In this document: one piece after another, positions 45,028 through 54,286 of the stretch
Layout of the letters: every line of letters starts with the position of its first letter
How positions within the stretch are numbered: position 1 is the stretch's first letter
Source of the DNA: Rhodothermia bacterium
GTDB taxonomy: Bacteria; Bacteroidota; Rhodothermia; Rhodothermales; UBA2364
Direction: 5' to 3'
DNA length: 64,000 bases
NCBI GenBank assembly: GCA_017303715.1
Contig: JAFLBZ010000014.1
Span: 3,708 to 67,707 of the forward strand
Notes under the pieces: generated by a model
What the model was told of the DNA's origin: nothing
Databases searched by the model: none
What the model saw: the letters and a program-made list of their open reading frames with translations, nothing else
Made by a program: the position numbers and the translations under genes

Positions 45028-47390
45028 AGCTTAAAATTATATGAGACAAAAGGCAACACCGGAAATAAGGATATTTTTTTATAAACTTGAGCACCATTTC
45101 CTATTGGTTGTAAAAAAATAAAAAAGGGATTTTTCTTGTTGTACACGTTATATAGCCCTATAGATATCACTTGTTCCCCCCATTTTTTGGACTTAGTCCA
45201 ATTCAAACCAAGATCCATTCGATGGTAGTTTGGCATTCTAATACCGTTTCTGCTAGGATACGAAAAATAACGAGGGGACAAGCCATGCTCGAGAAAGTCC
45301 CTTAAGAATGCTGGAGTAAAAATTGACTCTGGAAAGGTTGCGGCATTTCCTGTATTAAAGACCCAGTTCAAAGAAATATCCAATCCTTTTTTGAGCGTAT
45401 GATTTAAAACCAACGATAAATCATGTCTTCTATCATAGGTGAAAGGAAATTTTTGCCCTTGATTGATCGCTGTAAATTGCCGATTGCTCCATGAAAGGGT
45501 ATAACCGAACCAGCCGGTTGTCTTGCCTTCCTTTTTTTGAAGAAAGAACTCAATGCCATATCCTTCCCCTGTCCCTTGGGTCACATTGTCCTGCCAATCG
45601 CGATCATAATTGGTCATGAAACTTGCCCCTTCTTTATATTCAGTTGTGTTATATAGTTTTTTGTAATAAGTTTCCATACTAAACTCGTACTCATCCTTTA
45701 AGTGGGATACCCCAAGAGCAGCCTGCCAAGAGGATTGAGGTTTTACATTTTTAGTTGCAGGCAGCCATAAATCTGTAGGTAAACCAATTCCATTATTGGT
45801 TAAAAGATGGATATGCTGCTCCATCGTAGCAAAAGACCCTTTAAGTGCCCATTGCCCTAGTTTATAACGCCCAGAAAAACGGGGTTGAAAGGAGGAAAAA
45901 ACAGTGTCTTCTACTTTATATTGAACCCAGTGCACCCCTAAATTCATTTTCAAGTTAGTTGTAGCTCTAAAATCATTTTCGATATACTCAACTGTTGTTC
46001 GTGAAGAGATATTTGCCTGCTTTTTTTGAAAGCTTACTGCCGATGTTGCGTCATCCGAATAAGTATTGTTATATGTATAAATACCGGGGTGAAATAGGTG
46101 GTTAATGAAACGAAAACCGAAGCGGATATTATGATTAGGGTTGGGGATATATTGGAGGTCAGTTTTATATCCGATATCCCGAACAGATGATGCGTAAAAT
46201 GAATTGGAATGTTGTGTTATATTTGAAGAATATTCTGAAAAGTCACTTTGATTCAGTAAGTTATATTGACTGTAATTTAGAATTGTATTTAAAAATAGTT
46301 TCGGAGAGATGATATAATTCCACCTCAAAGTTGAGGTCAGGTTTTTCCACTCAAGTCCAGCATTTTCTTGTTTATCAATAAATAAATCTTTTTTTGAATT
46401 TTGTATATTCAGCTTGTCTTTCCCCCAATATACGCTTGCAAATAAATGATGCCGATAATTGGGCTTATAGTTTATCTTTGCATTTAAATCTCCAAAATAA
46501 TAGCTTGGAATGATTTTATTCCCACTGGAGCTTTCTTGAAGTTTATAAATAGGTGTTAAAAAAGCATCAATATACGTTCGCCTAAAAGATAAAATATAAC
46601 TTGATTTTTCCTTAAGAATCGGTCCTTCTAAAGTAGCCCTTGAAGCCACCAGACCAATAGAGCCTGTGAGTTTTGTCTTGTGCATATCGCCTTCTTTCAT
46701 GGTAATATCCAATACAGAAGATAATCTTTCGCCATAGCGTGCTGGAAAACCACCTTTTATTAAAGAAATATTTTGAATGGCATCTGCATTAAAAACAGAA
46801 ACAAATCCGAAAAGGTGCGCTGCATTATACACGGTTGCATCATCCAACAAAATCAAGTTTTGATCTGCTCCACCACCGCGAACATAAAACCCAGCCGTTC
46901 CCTCATTCCCAGCTTTTACCCCCGGCAAGGTTTGAATAGCCTTTAACACATCTGTTTCGCCCAAGAGGAGGGGGATTTTCTTGATTTGCTCAATGCTTAG
47001 ATCCAGCACCCCCATTTGTGTGGTTTCTAAAATATTAGGAGTTGCATTAATTTCTACATCTGTAGATGTCGTTATATTTTCTTTCAGCTTTATAATAAGG
47101 TGAGTATCTTTGGTTAACTCTATTGGAATGGATTGGGTTGCATATCCCAAATACGAAACCATCAAGTTCAAGTGTTGGGGCGGAAGAGTAATGCTGAAAA
47201 AACCGTATTTATTGGAGACAGTGCCCAGTTTGGTATCCCTTATGATAAGAGTTGCTCCTGGTAAGCGCTCCCCACTTGCCAAATCTTGGATGTATCCACT
47301 GATGGTATATCGCTGTGAGTTTTGCTGCGCCTCGGCTGAAAATGAAAAAATGCTTGTCAATAAAATTAAAGAAATACGAGAAAAGTTCAT
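45024..47390 (-). CDS. TonB-dependent receptor with an N-terminal CarboxypepD_reg-like domain
   Basis: The ATG at 47390 gives the signal peptide MNFSRISLILLTSIFSFSAEAQ. The CarboxypepD_reg segment is YTISGYIQDLASGERLPGATLII. The plug has DVLKAIQTLPGV. A long beta-barrel follows. Confidence 0.85.
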   Translation of the reverse strand: MNFSRISLILLTSIFSFSAEAQQNSQRYTISGYIQDLASGERLPGATLIIRDTKLGTVSNKYGFFSITLPPQHLNLMVSYLGYATQSIPIELTKDTHLIIKLKENITTSTDVEINATPNILETTQMGVLDLSIEQIKKIPLLLGETDVLKAIQTLPGVKAGNEGTAGFYVRGGGADQNLILLDDATVYNAAHLFGFVSVFNADAIQNISLIKGGFPARYGERLSSVLDITMKEGDMHKTKLTGSIGLVASRATLEGPILKEKSSYILSFRRTYIDAFLTPIYKLQESSSGNKIIPSYYFGDLNAKINYKPNYRHHLFASVYWGKDKLNIQNSKKDLFIDKQENAGLEWKNLTSTLRWNYIISPKLFLNTILNYSQYNLLNQSDFSEYSSNITQHSNSFYASSVRDIGYKTDLQYIPNPNHNIRFGFRFINHLFHPGIYTYNNTYSDDATSAVSFQKKQANISSRTTVEYIENDFRATTNLKMNLGVHWVQYKVEDTVFSSFQPRFSGRYKLGQWALKGSFATMEQHIHLLTNNGIGLPTDLWLPATKNVKPQSSWQAALGVSHLKDEYEFSMETYYKKLYNTTEYKEGASFMTNYDRDWQDNVTQGTGEGYGIEFFLQKKEGKTTGWFGYTLSWSNRQFTAINQGQKFPFTYDRRHDLSLVLNHTLKKGLDISLNWVFNTGNAATFPESIFTPAFLRDFLEHGLSPRYFSYPSRNGIRMPNYHRMDLGLNWTKSKKWGEQVISIGLYNVYNKKNPFFIFLQPIGNGAQVYKKISLFPVLPFVSYNFKL

Positions 47391-47507
47391 TACTAAATTC
47401 AATTTATTTAAAATTAGAGCCACACTACATCTAAACGTAGTATGGCTCTGTTTATTGTGTAAAAAATACAAGGTCAAAATCCTTCAACTGCAACCTTATA
47501 GAGGCAC

Positions 47508-48393
47508 TTAGTCCACATAATTAAGGCTACATGAACGAGTGCCACTCTGGAGAGAAGCCGTATGGTTTGTGTTCATATTTACACCAAAGGTATCAGACCA
47601 GCTATACATCCCAAGCTTTGTAACTTCCCCATCGGTATCGGTATCACTCCCTGTGCCTGGTAGGACAAATGGGCCAAGAGGTAATCCGTTATGGTATGTC
47701 GTCATACTACCTGAAACAGACACATATACATTGTTGAGATGCTCAGAAGTCTCCTCCCAACTAATCCCGCCAAATAATCTATTCCGACCTTTCTGCCAGT
47801 ATGTCTTAGCCCCTGCTTCCTGATACACTCCGTAATTTGTGTTGAACGCCAACCCTAACATTCGATAGAGTTGGTTATTAATTCTATAATTTACAGGGGT
47901 TCCTTCACACCTTTTACTCCCCGATAAAATCTTGGTTTCTTTTTTGATTTTACCTTGTGTCTTAGCGAGTCCATCGCTTTTGTAAACAGATGCTTCATAT
48001 TCTGTTACGATACCTTCGGAAATAACATAAACGCTGTTTCCAATTTGAATTTCCCCATTCTTGTTCAATACCGACTTAAATTGATCACTCATAGGCCAGT
48101 TCTTTAAAGGATGGACTTCATTTTCGGAATTCTTCATTTGCACAAGAGACGCTCTAAGAGAAGTAAACGCTGCCCCCTTATTTTCATGAATTGTATTCTT
48201 TGCAAAAAGCGATTGCATATAGCTTTGAAAGGAAAGTTGGTCATTAAAGGATAGGCGACCATCTACAATATTAGGGAAAACGTTAGACTTGCTATTTTTC
48301 TTCTTCTTTTAAAAGCGAATCGCAGCCAGAATAAAGAAAGAAAATAGCGAGTAGGCATAAAAGCCTCGTAAGAGAAGTAGGTTTTTTGTTCAT
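47508..48393 (-). pseudogene. lipoprotein gene split by a frameshift in an A-rich tract (33-codon signal-peptide ORF plus a 236-aa body)
   Basis: Minus-strand ORF 48393..48292 encodes MNKKPTSLTRLLCLLAIFFLYSGCDSLLKEEEK-stop (lipobox YSGC). The frame of the 236-aa ORF (47508..48218) is open upstream to 48308 (KKKKNSKSNVFPNIVDGRLSFNDQLSFQSYMQSLF...). The two frames overlap across ttaaaagaagaagaaaaatag. Confidence 0.65.
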
Positions 48394-48563
48394 AGTACAA
48401 TGATAATAAATAATAAATAATGGATAAAATGAAGTTTATTTTATACTTCATGGTAAAACTAAGTATTAAAATCTTTTTTTTGAAAAATAATGAAAATGCT
48501 ATTTTATTTTAAGGTTGTATTGATTTGATTTAGATACTTTTAAGTAAAACACATAAGACCGCT

Positions 48564-49556
48564 CTACCCAAAATCCAAGACGACAGTGCCGAGGGAGAGG
48601 CCAGCGCCACTGCCCAAGAGTAGGATTTTTTTGCCCTTAGGGGTAAATCCGTTCTGGAATAAGGTGGCAAGACCCAATGGAATGGAGGCGGAAATGCAGT
48701 TACCGTAACAATGTAGTGTTTCAACCACTTTAGAAGTGTCCACACCAAAATGTTGTAGAAAATAGGTGTTACCGTATTTGCTGGTTTGGTGGAGGATGAT
48801 GTGGTCATAGTCATGAAGTGAGGTTTGGCTTGCGGATTCGAGGTTCTGTACAAAAGCGTCTAAGTGCTTTGTCGTTAGTCGTATCAGGTTTTTGCCATCC
48901 ATACTAAAATAATATCCCGGATTTTCGGCGGTTTCTTGCGTCCCTCGATTGACCGCACCCCCGATCGCTAAATGGGCTTGCATGGCTCCCGAAGGAAAGT
49001 TTTGGAAGTTGGTATAAATGGGCTGGTAGCCCTCTACTTCGCTCGCTTCCAGAATCACCGCTACTGCGGCATCTCCAAATAAGCCAAATACTTTTTCATC
49101 TTTTGGCGTTAGGGCTTTTGAAGCAATCTCGGAGGAGACCAAGGCAATCCGCTTATATCGGCCTGATTGGAGGTATAAATGCGCTATGTCTAATCCATTC
49201 AAAAAGCTGAGGCAGGTGCTATCCACATCAAAGCATGGGAACGTTACGCGGTCATCGGTGAGTTTGGACTTCATGATGACGGAATTGTGTGGAATGGGGT
49301 AATCGAAAGAGCCGCTGGCCGAGATCAGCAAGTCTAAATCTTGGGGAACTAATTGGGCTTGTGCCAATGCAGCTTTTAAGGCTCGTGTCCCCATTTCGCA
49401 AATGGTTTCCTCCTCCGAAACATGGTGTCTGAACTGCACCCCCGTATTTTTTTCGATCCGGCCTTCACGTCCGTTTGCCAAGCGGTCTAAAGTGGTGGAG
49501 GCGATTTGGTTTTGGGGCAAATAGGTGGCAATGGCTGCAATTTTGATCCTCATCAA
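48564..49556 (-). CDS. beta-ketoacyl-ACP synthase III-like (FabH/thiolase-fold) condensing enzyme
   Basis: 330 aa. Active-site Cys context FDVDSTCLSFL, then HQTSK (His) and GNCISASIP (Asn), the KAS III triad pattern. Confidence 0.85.
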   Translation of the reverse strand: MMRIKIAAIATYLPQNQIASTTLDRLANGREGRIEKNTGVQFRHHVSEEETICEMGTRALKAALAQAQLVPQDLDLLISASGSFDYPIPHNSVIMKSKLTDDRVTFPCFDVDSTCLSFLNGLDIAHLYLQSGRYKRIALVSSEIASKALTPKDEKVFGLFGDAAVAVILEASEVEGYQPIYTNFQNFPSGAMQAHLAIGGAVNRGTQETAENPGYYFSMDGKNLIRLTTKHLDAFVQNLESASQTSLHDYDHIILHQTSKYGNTYFLQHFGVDTSKVVETLHCYGNCISASIPLGLATLFQNGFTPKGKKILLLGSGAGLSLGTVVLDFG

Positions 49557-50836
49557 CAGATCCGTTTAATTTTGCGTAGTTTAGTTCCCGCTTCTTGCAC
49601 CACACGGTTTTCGACGTGATAGACCACGCCTTCAATCCCAAATTCGCCAAAGAGGGTGTCTAAGGTAGTGATAAAGCGGTTTTTGATTTCCTCGAAGGTT
49701 TCGGGCGTGCAAGCAATTCCCAGCTCCAAGTGATCGGATGCCGTTTGTACGATGCGGTATTGGGTAAACGCATTGGTAATCTGGGCGATGCGCCGCGCAA
49801 TTAGATCAGGATATACGCGAATATTCTTAAAAATCAATACATCGTCGTCCCGCCCAATGATGCGTTCAATCGCCATACGTGCTGTTCCACAAGGGCAAGG
49901 CGTTGTTCGGATTTGCAAGACGTCATTCAACTTGTATTTTACGATAGGCTGGCTTGCCCGCGAAAAATCGGTGACAATCGGATAAAACCGCGTTTCGTCG
50001 AGCCACTCTTGCCCGAAGTGGATAAAGTCTTCGTTCAGGTGCATGGTTCCATGGGCACAAGTTACACCCAAGAACCCTTCTGTACATTGATAGACTTCGG
50101 TGATGGTTGTCTGAAAAGTGGTTTCGATCAAGGATTTATCGGCTTCGTGGAGTACTTCGGCAAAGGAGATCACTTGTTTGGGCGCAATGGCAAGGCGTTT
50201 TTCGATCTGGGCTTGGGCAATATCCACTAAGAGTGAAGGCTGTGAAGCCAATATGTCCGGTTGGTATTCGGCGAGTTCTGTCAATAATACAGGCAAGGGT
50301 TTAAAAAGGTCGAAATATCGAAATTGGAAAAGCGAGGATTGCACGGAAGCATATAAATTGCTGTTGGCCCGAAGGAAAAACGCCACTTTTTGTTTTTGGA
50401 ACAGTTTAGGTCTTATAACCCGCTGCATGACCAAAGCTACCCATTTGGCCCGTTCGTCCTCCGACACCAAAAAAATACCTCGTTTGCCGCTTGTGCCTGT
50501 CGAAAGGCCAATGGTAATGCCATTAATTTCGGTTTTAAAATCGCGGCTTTTTTCTGCTTGAAGCGCAACGTTAAGTGCCTCTTCTTTCCGAATTTGGCAG
50601 GTATTGATTTTGTCGAAGTGGGCCATAAATTCGGTTTTGGTGATTTGTGGCACGGCTTCCCAATCGAAGGTTCGTCCGTTGAAAAAACGGGCATAAAAAG
50701 GGGATTTGCGTAAAACCCGTTGGGCAAAATCTGCTAATTTTTGCGTTTGATAACGCGCTAAAGCCTTTCGCGAACCAAAACGGGGTAAGAACGCATTTTT
50801 CAACCAATAAAACACGACTTTTAATTTAAAGCGCAT
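49553..50836 (-). CDS. F390-synthetase-related / PaaK-like adenylate-forming enzyme
   Basis: The ATG at 50836 (MRFKLKVVFYW) is preferred over 50935. Contains GLSTGTSGKRGIF (P-loop-like) and TTPCPCGTARMAIERIIGRDDDVLIF, typical of this family. Confidence 0.7.
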   Translation of the reverse strand: MRFKLKVVFYWLKNAFLPRFGSRKALARYQTQKLADFAQRVLRKSPFYARFFNGRTFDWEAVPQITKTEFMAHFDKINTCQIRKEEALNVALQAEKSRDFKTEINGITIGLSTGTSGKRGIFLVSEDERAKWVALVMQRVIRPKLFQKQKVAFFLRANSNLYASVQSSLFQFRYFDLFKPLPVLLTELAEYQPDILASQPSLLVDIAQAQIEKRLAIAPKQVISFAEVLHEADKSLIETTFQTTITEVYQCTEGFLGVTCAHGTMHLNEDFIHFGQEWLDETRFYPIVTDFSRASQPIVKYKLNDVLQIRTTPCPCGTARMAIERIIGRDDDVLIFKNIRVYPDLIARRIAQITNAFTQYRIVQTASDHLELGIACTPETFEEIKNRFITTLDTLFGEFGIEGVVYHVENRVVQEAGTKLRKIKRIC

Positions 50837-51668
50837 GGCAAACGTGCTTAAGGGTTTCGGGACAATGGGTAAACAAAATTTTAAAATCGGGGTGCGCTTC
50901 TTCAAACCGCCGGATTTTGGCTTGCGTCTCCACAAAATCCGTCCATGAATCGAAAAAGAGTTTGACTACGCTGCGGGGCAAAATGCCAGTATGGTAACTG
51001 TCGTAAGCCCACGAAGCATCTGTACCAAAGAAGATTTTTTGGCCTTCATGCGCAAAAATAAAGCCCAACATTCCCCGTGCATGCCCCGGAAGTTTTACCA
51101 CCTGAAAAGCCGTTTGCTGAAAAAGGCTCCAGACTTCCAAGCCTTCTTCGGTGATGGTTGATCCATCGGCAAGGGCTTCTAAAGGTTGGAGGCGCTCGGC
51201 AAAATCATCGGGTAATAAGCCATGCAAAATGCCCTTTTTTACAGCTTTAAACCCCGAAAGGGCTTGTACTTCTGCCAGAGCTGCTGTACTGCATATGAAT
51301 GTTGCTTGGGGAAAATCTTTTAGTCCGGCAATATGGTCTCCATGAAAATGGGAGATCAAAATATAGCGGATGTCTTCCGGAGCTAAGCCTTTTTGAGCCA
51401 AAATAGCCTTGGCCGTTTCTTCATTCTGTAAAAACATAGGGGTCATCCACCGATACAAACGAGCCGGAAACGGTTTGGTGGCGCGGATAAATTCGGGGCT
51501 ATATCCCGTATCCACCATTACATACCCCACGTTGGGCAGGTGGAGCAAGGCCCAAACCGCATAAAACGAGGTCTTACCACGTCCTGTTTTGGGATTGGCC
51601 ACCGCTGCATGGGCAACACAATACCCCGATGCAAAAAAGTCGAGGCTCAGGTCTGGGTTTTGTGCCAT
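50826..51668 (-). CDS. MBL-fold metallo-hydrolase
   Basis: 280 aa. HFHGDHIAGL (HxHxDH), with later His and Asp residues. Confidence 0.85.
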   Translation of the reverse strand: MAQNPDLSLDFFASGYCVAHAAVANPKTGRGKTSFYAVWALLHLPNVGYVMVDTGYSPEFIRATKPFPARLYRWMTPMFLQNEETAKAILAQKGLAPEDIRYILISHFHGDHIAGLKDFPQATFICSTAALAEVQALSGFKAVKKGILHGLLPDDFAERLQPLEALADGSTITEEGLEVWSLFQQTAFQVVKLPGHARGMLGFIFAHEGQKIFFGTDASWAYDSYHTGILPRSVVKLFFDSWTDFVETQAKIRRFEEAHPDFKILFTHCPETLKHVCHAL

Positions 51669-52648
51669 GCTACATACTCGTCTATGCCTTCAAATGTGTT
51701 CATCACTGGTTGGTATTGGAGGCGTTCTTGTGCTTTGGAGATGTCTAAGGTCAGGTTCACAAAGAGAATCCCCACACCATAACGTGTTAAGGTCGGTTCT
51801 TTATGCGGATGGAAGGTTTTGGCGATGTTTTCCAATAAACTACCAGCAAAAAGCGCCACGCCTTTTGGGATTTTGCGGCTTGGTGGCTGTAAGCCCAATT
51901 GGGTTAAGGCATACTTCAAGGCTTCCCAAAAGTTTTGGGGTTGGCCATCGGTAATATTGTAGGCTTCTCCATAGGCTTCAGCGTCAGCCCGTAGGCAGCA
52001 CGCAATGGCTTCAATTACATTACGGGCACTGGTTAGGTCACAAATATTTTCGCCATCACCAATTATTTTAAGCCGCCCTTTATGATAGGCTTCCAAAACA
52101 CGTGGCAAAATCACGGTATCTTCGGCGCCAATAATGGCACGGGGGCGCAAGGCAATTGTTTCAATGCCTTTTCCGTTCATCTCCAATACGATTTGCTCTG
52201 CCTTCAGTTTGGTCTTGGCATAGGCATTGACCATCTTGGCGGGCAAAGGATCGGATTCCTTCACGCCAAAACGGTCGGTAAAATCGAAATAAATGCTGGG
52301 AGTGGAAATGAAAATAAAACGCTGCACCCCGTTTTTTAAGCTGGCCTTGAGCAAGGTCTCGGTGGCGACAATATTGGCTTGATGAAAGGCTTCATAGGCT
52401 CCAAATGGTGCGGAAAGCGCGGCACAATGTACCACAGCCGCTGCATTGTGGGTCAGTTGGTCACAAAAAACCGCATCGGTTAGGTCACCTGCCAAAAAGT
52501 GACAGCCTGCGGCCATGAGTTCTTCGGCGCGATGTGTCCTTCTTGAAGTGGCCAGAACGTTGTATTCGGGCAGGTTGGCCGCAAAGTGCTTTGCCACTCG
52601 TCCGCCCAGAAATCCCGCAGCCCCTGTAATCACCATGTTTTGGGTCAT
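51647..52648 (-). CDS. NAD(P)-dependent epimerase/dehydratase / 3-beta-HSD-family oxidoreductase
   Basis: The start is preferred at 52648 (MTQNMVITGAAGFLGGRV, Rossmann GxxGxxG). A YAKTK catalytic YxxxK is present. Confidence 0.85.
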   Translation of the reverse strand: MTQNMVITGAAGFLGGRVAKHFAANLPEYNVLATSRRTHRAEELMAAGCHFLAGDLTDAVFCDQLTHNAAAVVHCAALSAPFGAYEAFHQANIVATETLLKASLKNGVQRFIFISTPSIYFDFTDRFGVKESDPLPAKMVNAYAKTKLKAEQIVLEMNGKGIETIALRPRAIIGAEDTVILPRVLEAYHKGRLKIIGDGENICDLTSARNVIEAIACCLRADAEAYGEAYNITDGQPQNFWEALKYALTQLGLQPPSRKIPKGVALFAGSLLENIAKTFHPHKEPTLTRYGVGILFVNLTLDISKAQERLQYQPVMNTFEGIDEYVAWHKTQT

Positions 52649-52753
52649 CTTAGTACCAAGTCTAAGGATCAAAAAGTTTTCGTAACGCTACGAAAATTTG
52701 TACTTCCATAAACTAAGGCAAGGGCTTAAATCCCCCAAGTTTTCCTTGTCTAT

Positions 52754-52879
52754 ATTTTACCTGACCTCTAAATGATTTTACCTGACCTCTAAATGATTTT
52801 ACCTGACCTCTAAATGATTTTACCTGACCTCTAAATGATTTTACCTGACCTCTAAATGATTTTACCTGACCTCTAAATG
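52754..52879. repeat. perfect tandem repeat, 6 x 21 bp (attttacctgacctctaaatg)
   Basis: Counted directly. Units start at 52754, 52775, 52796, 52817, 52838 and 52859 with no mismatches. The array lies about 80-230 nt upstream of the minus-strand operon start. Confidence 0.95.
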
Positions 52880-53068
52880 TCTATTGACGTTGCCTACGAT
52901 GCCGAGTTTTTTAAGGCGACCAAAAAACAAGCTAAGATTGTGGAGGCGCGCTTGTGATGGTGTAATGGAAAAAAGGCTAATTAGAAGAGGCTAATTTATT
53001 CAATACCCATAGCTTAATGGTTTTAAGTCACGTTCGCATTAAGGGCAAATGAGATTAAAAGATTGGCT

Positions 53069-53845
53069 TTAAGAGGGTGTAGAAACTTGTACGCCTGCTT
53101 CGCGGAGGTAGGTCACAATGCTCTCGGCGATAACCTCGGCGGTTTTGTTTTGTCCCATTTCGGAATTGATGAAAAGGGCGTCGAACATATTCGTGAGGGA
53201 AGCCATCTGAATGGTCACTGCTGGAACTTCGCTAAACCAAGAACTTCGGTCTAAGGCTGCACTTGGGATGTCTCTTTCCGGTGATAGGTCATTGGCCTGC
53301 ATCATGTCCTTCAGGGATGCTCTAAGGTTTTTATCCAGAATATAGGCGGCTTTTTGGCTTAGACCTACAAGTCCCTGAGAGGCTGCCTTCTCGGACTTAA
53401 ATCGGTCTGCATAAAAAACAGTAAAACCACTTCCTACACCAGAGTTCACATCTAACCGCACCAATAAGTGGGCTTGGTTGCGGTTTGCAATCGCTGCTCG
53501 CTCTGCTGGAGAGACGATATCATCCATATCATTGCGTGAAAGCAACACCGAGACCTTGTAACGGTCGTTCAAAATTTCAGATACACGGCGTGCTATTTCC
53601 CAATTGGTCTTGAGCGGAAAGGTGTCGTTGATGACCTGCCGCCCGTCGTTGTCCTTGAGAGGGTAATTGGGATCTAAGACTACTTGAATGGGTTGTTTGG
53701 GTTGTAAAAACGTAAGTAACGTTTCTGCATAGTAGAATGAGCCGCCGATGAGAAGAAATATGCTAAAGACAATAATCCAACGAGACCAACGCGGTGACGT
53801 TACCAGATCTGCATTGTCGGTAATTGTCCGGTGAGAAACAGCCAT
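53069..53845 (-). CDS. membrane-anchored amidase_3 (N-acetylmuramoyl-L-alanine amidase)-like protein with substituted metal-ligand positions
   Basis: 258 aa with an N-terminal TM anchor. Family-like blocks VVLDPNYPLKDNDG (usually IDPGHGG.D.G), WEIARRVSEIL, LLVRLDVNSG (usually SIHAN) and PAVTIQMASLTNMFDALFINS...QNKTAEVIAESI. Confidence 0.6.
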   Translation of the reverse strand: MAVSHRTITDNADLVTSPRWSRWIIVFSIFLLIGGSFYYAETLLTFLQPKQPIQVVLDPNYPLKDNDGRQVINDTFPLKTNWEIARRVSEILNDRYKVSVLLSRNDMDDIVSPAERAAIANRNQAHLLVRLDVNSGVGSGFTVFYADRFKSEKAASQGLVGLSQKAAYILDKNLRASLKDMMQANDLSPERDIPSAALDRSSWFSEVPAVTIQMASLTNMFDALFINSEMGQNKTAEVIAESIVTYLREAGVQVSTPS

Positions 53846-53896
53846 TTTTACTTGTTTCAGGTGGTGGAGGTAAGAACTATACTAAACCTTACGTCT

Positions 53897-54286
53897 TTAT
53901 TTTTTGTTTCTTAGCCAGCTAAGACCGGAAAGGAGCATTATACTTGTTCCTACAATGGTTCCAGAAATAGATGTGGGAAAGCCTGTAACAGCGCCGGCCA
54001 TTATTGCTTTCAGTAAACTGGTGCGCTTAGGGTCTCCTTCTCGTTTATACTGGAAATAAAAAACGCCCAAAGCAGCCCCCAAAAAGCCGATTGTCATGCT
54101 TAAGGGTAAACTAAGCCCCAAGGAAAAGAACTCGCTTCCGAAGAGGAGGTTGTCTAATAATAAGATCAAACCGCCACTAAATGGGCTTAGGTAGTTCTTT
54201 TTTACCGAAGGGGTAGAGGTCGGAGTGTCCAGTTTTTGTGGAGATGGTACTGCTTCTATATGTTTAGGGTGCTGTGTATTCGCCAT
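53897..54286 (-). CDS. hypothetical membrane protein
   Basis: 129 aa with three hydrophobic segments after a polar Pro/Ser/Thr-rich N-terminus. Confidence 0.5.
   Translation of the reverse strand: MANTQHPKHIEAVPSPQKLDTPTSTPSVKKNYLSPFSGGLILLLDNLLFGSEFFSLGLSLPLSMTIGFLGAALGVFYFQYKREGDPKRTSLLKAIMAGAVTGFPTSISGTIVGTSIMLLSGLSWLRNKK

Noticed and set aside
48263-48451. 62-aa ORF MKYKINFILSIIYYLLSLYY...
   Set aside because: This is a low-complexity AT-rich reading that overlaps, in another frame, the much more convincing 33-codon lipoprotein signal-peptide ORF (48393..48292).
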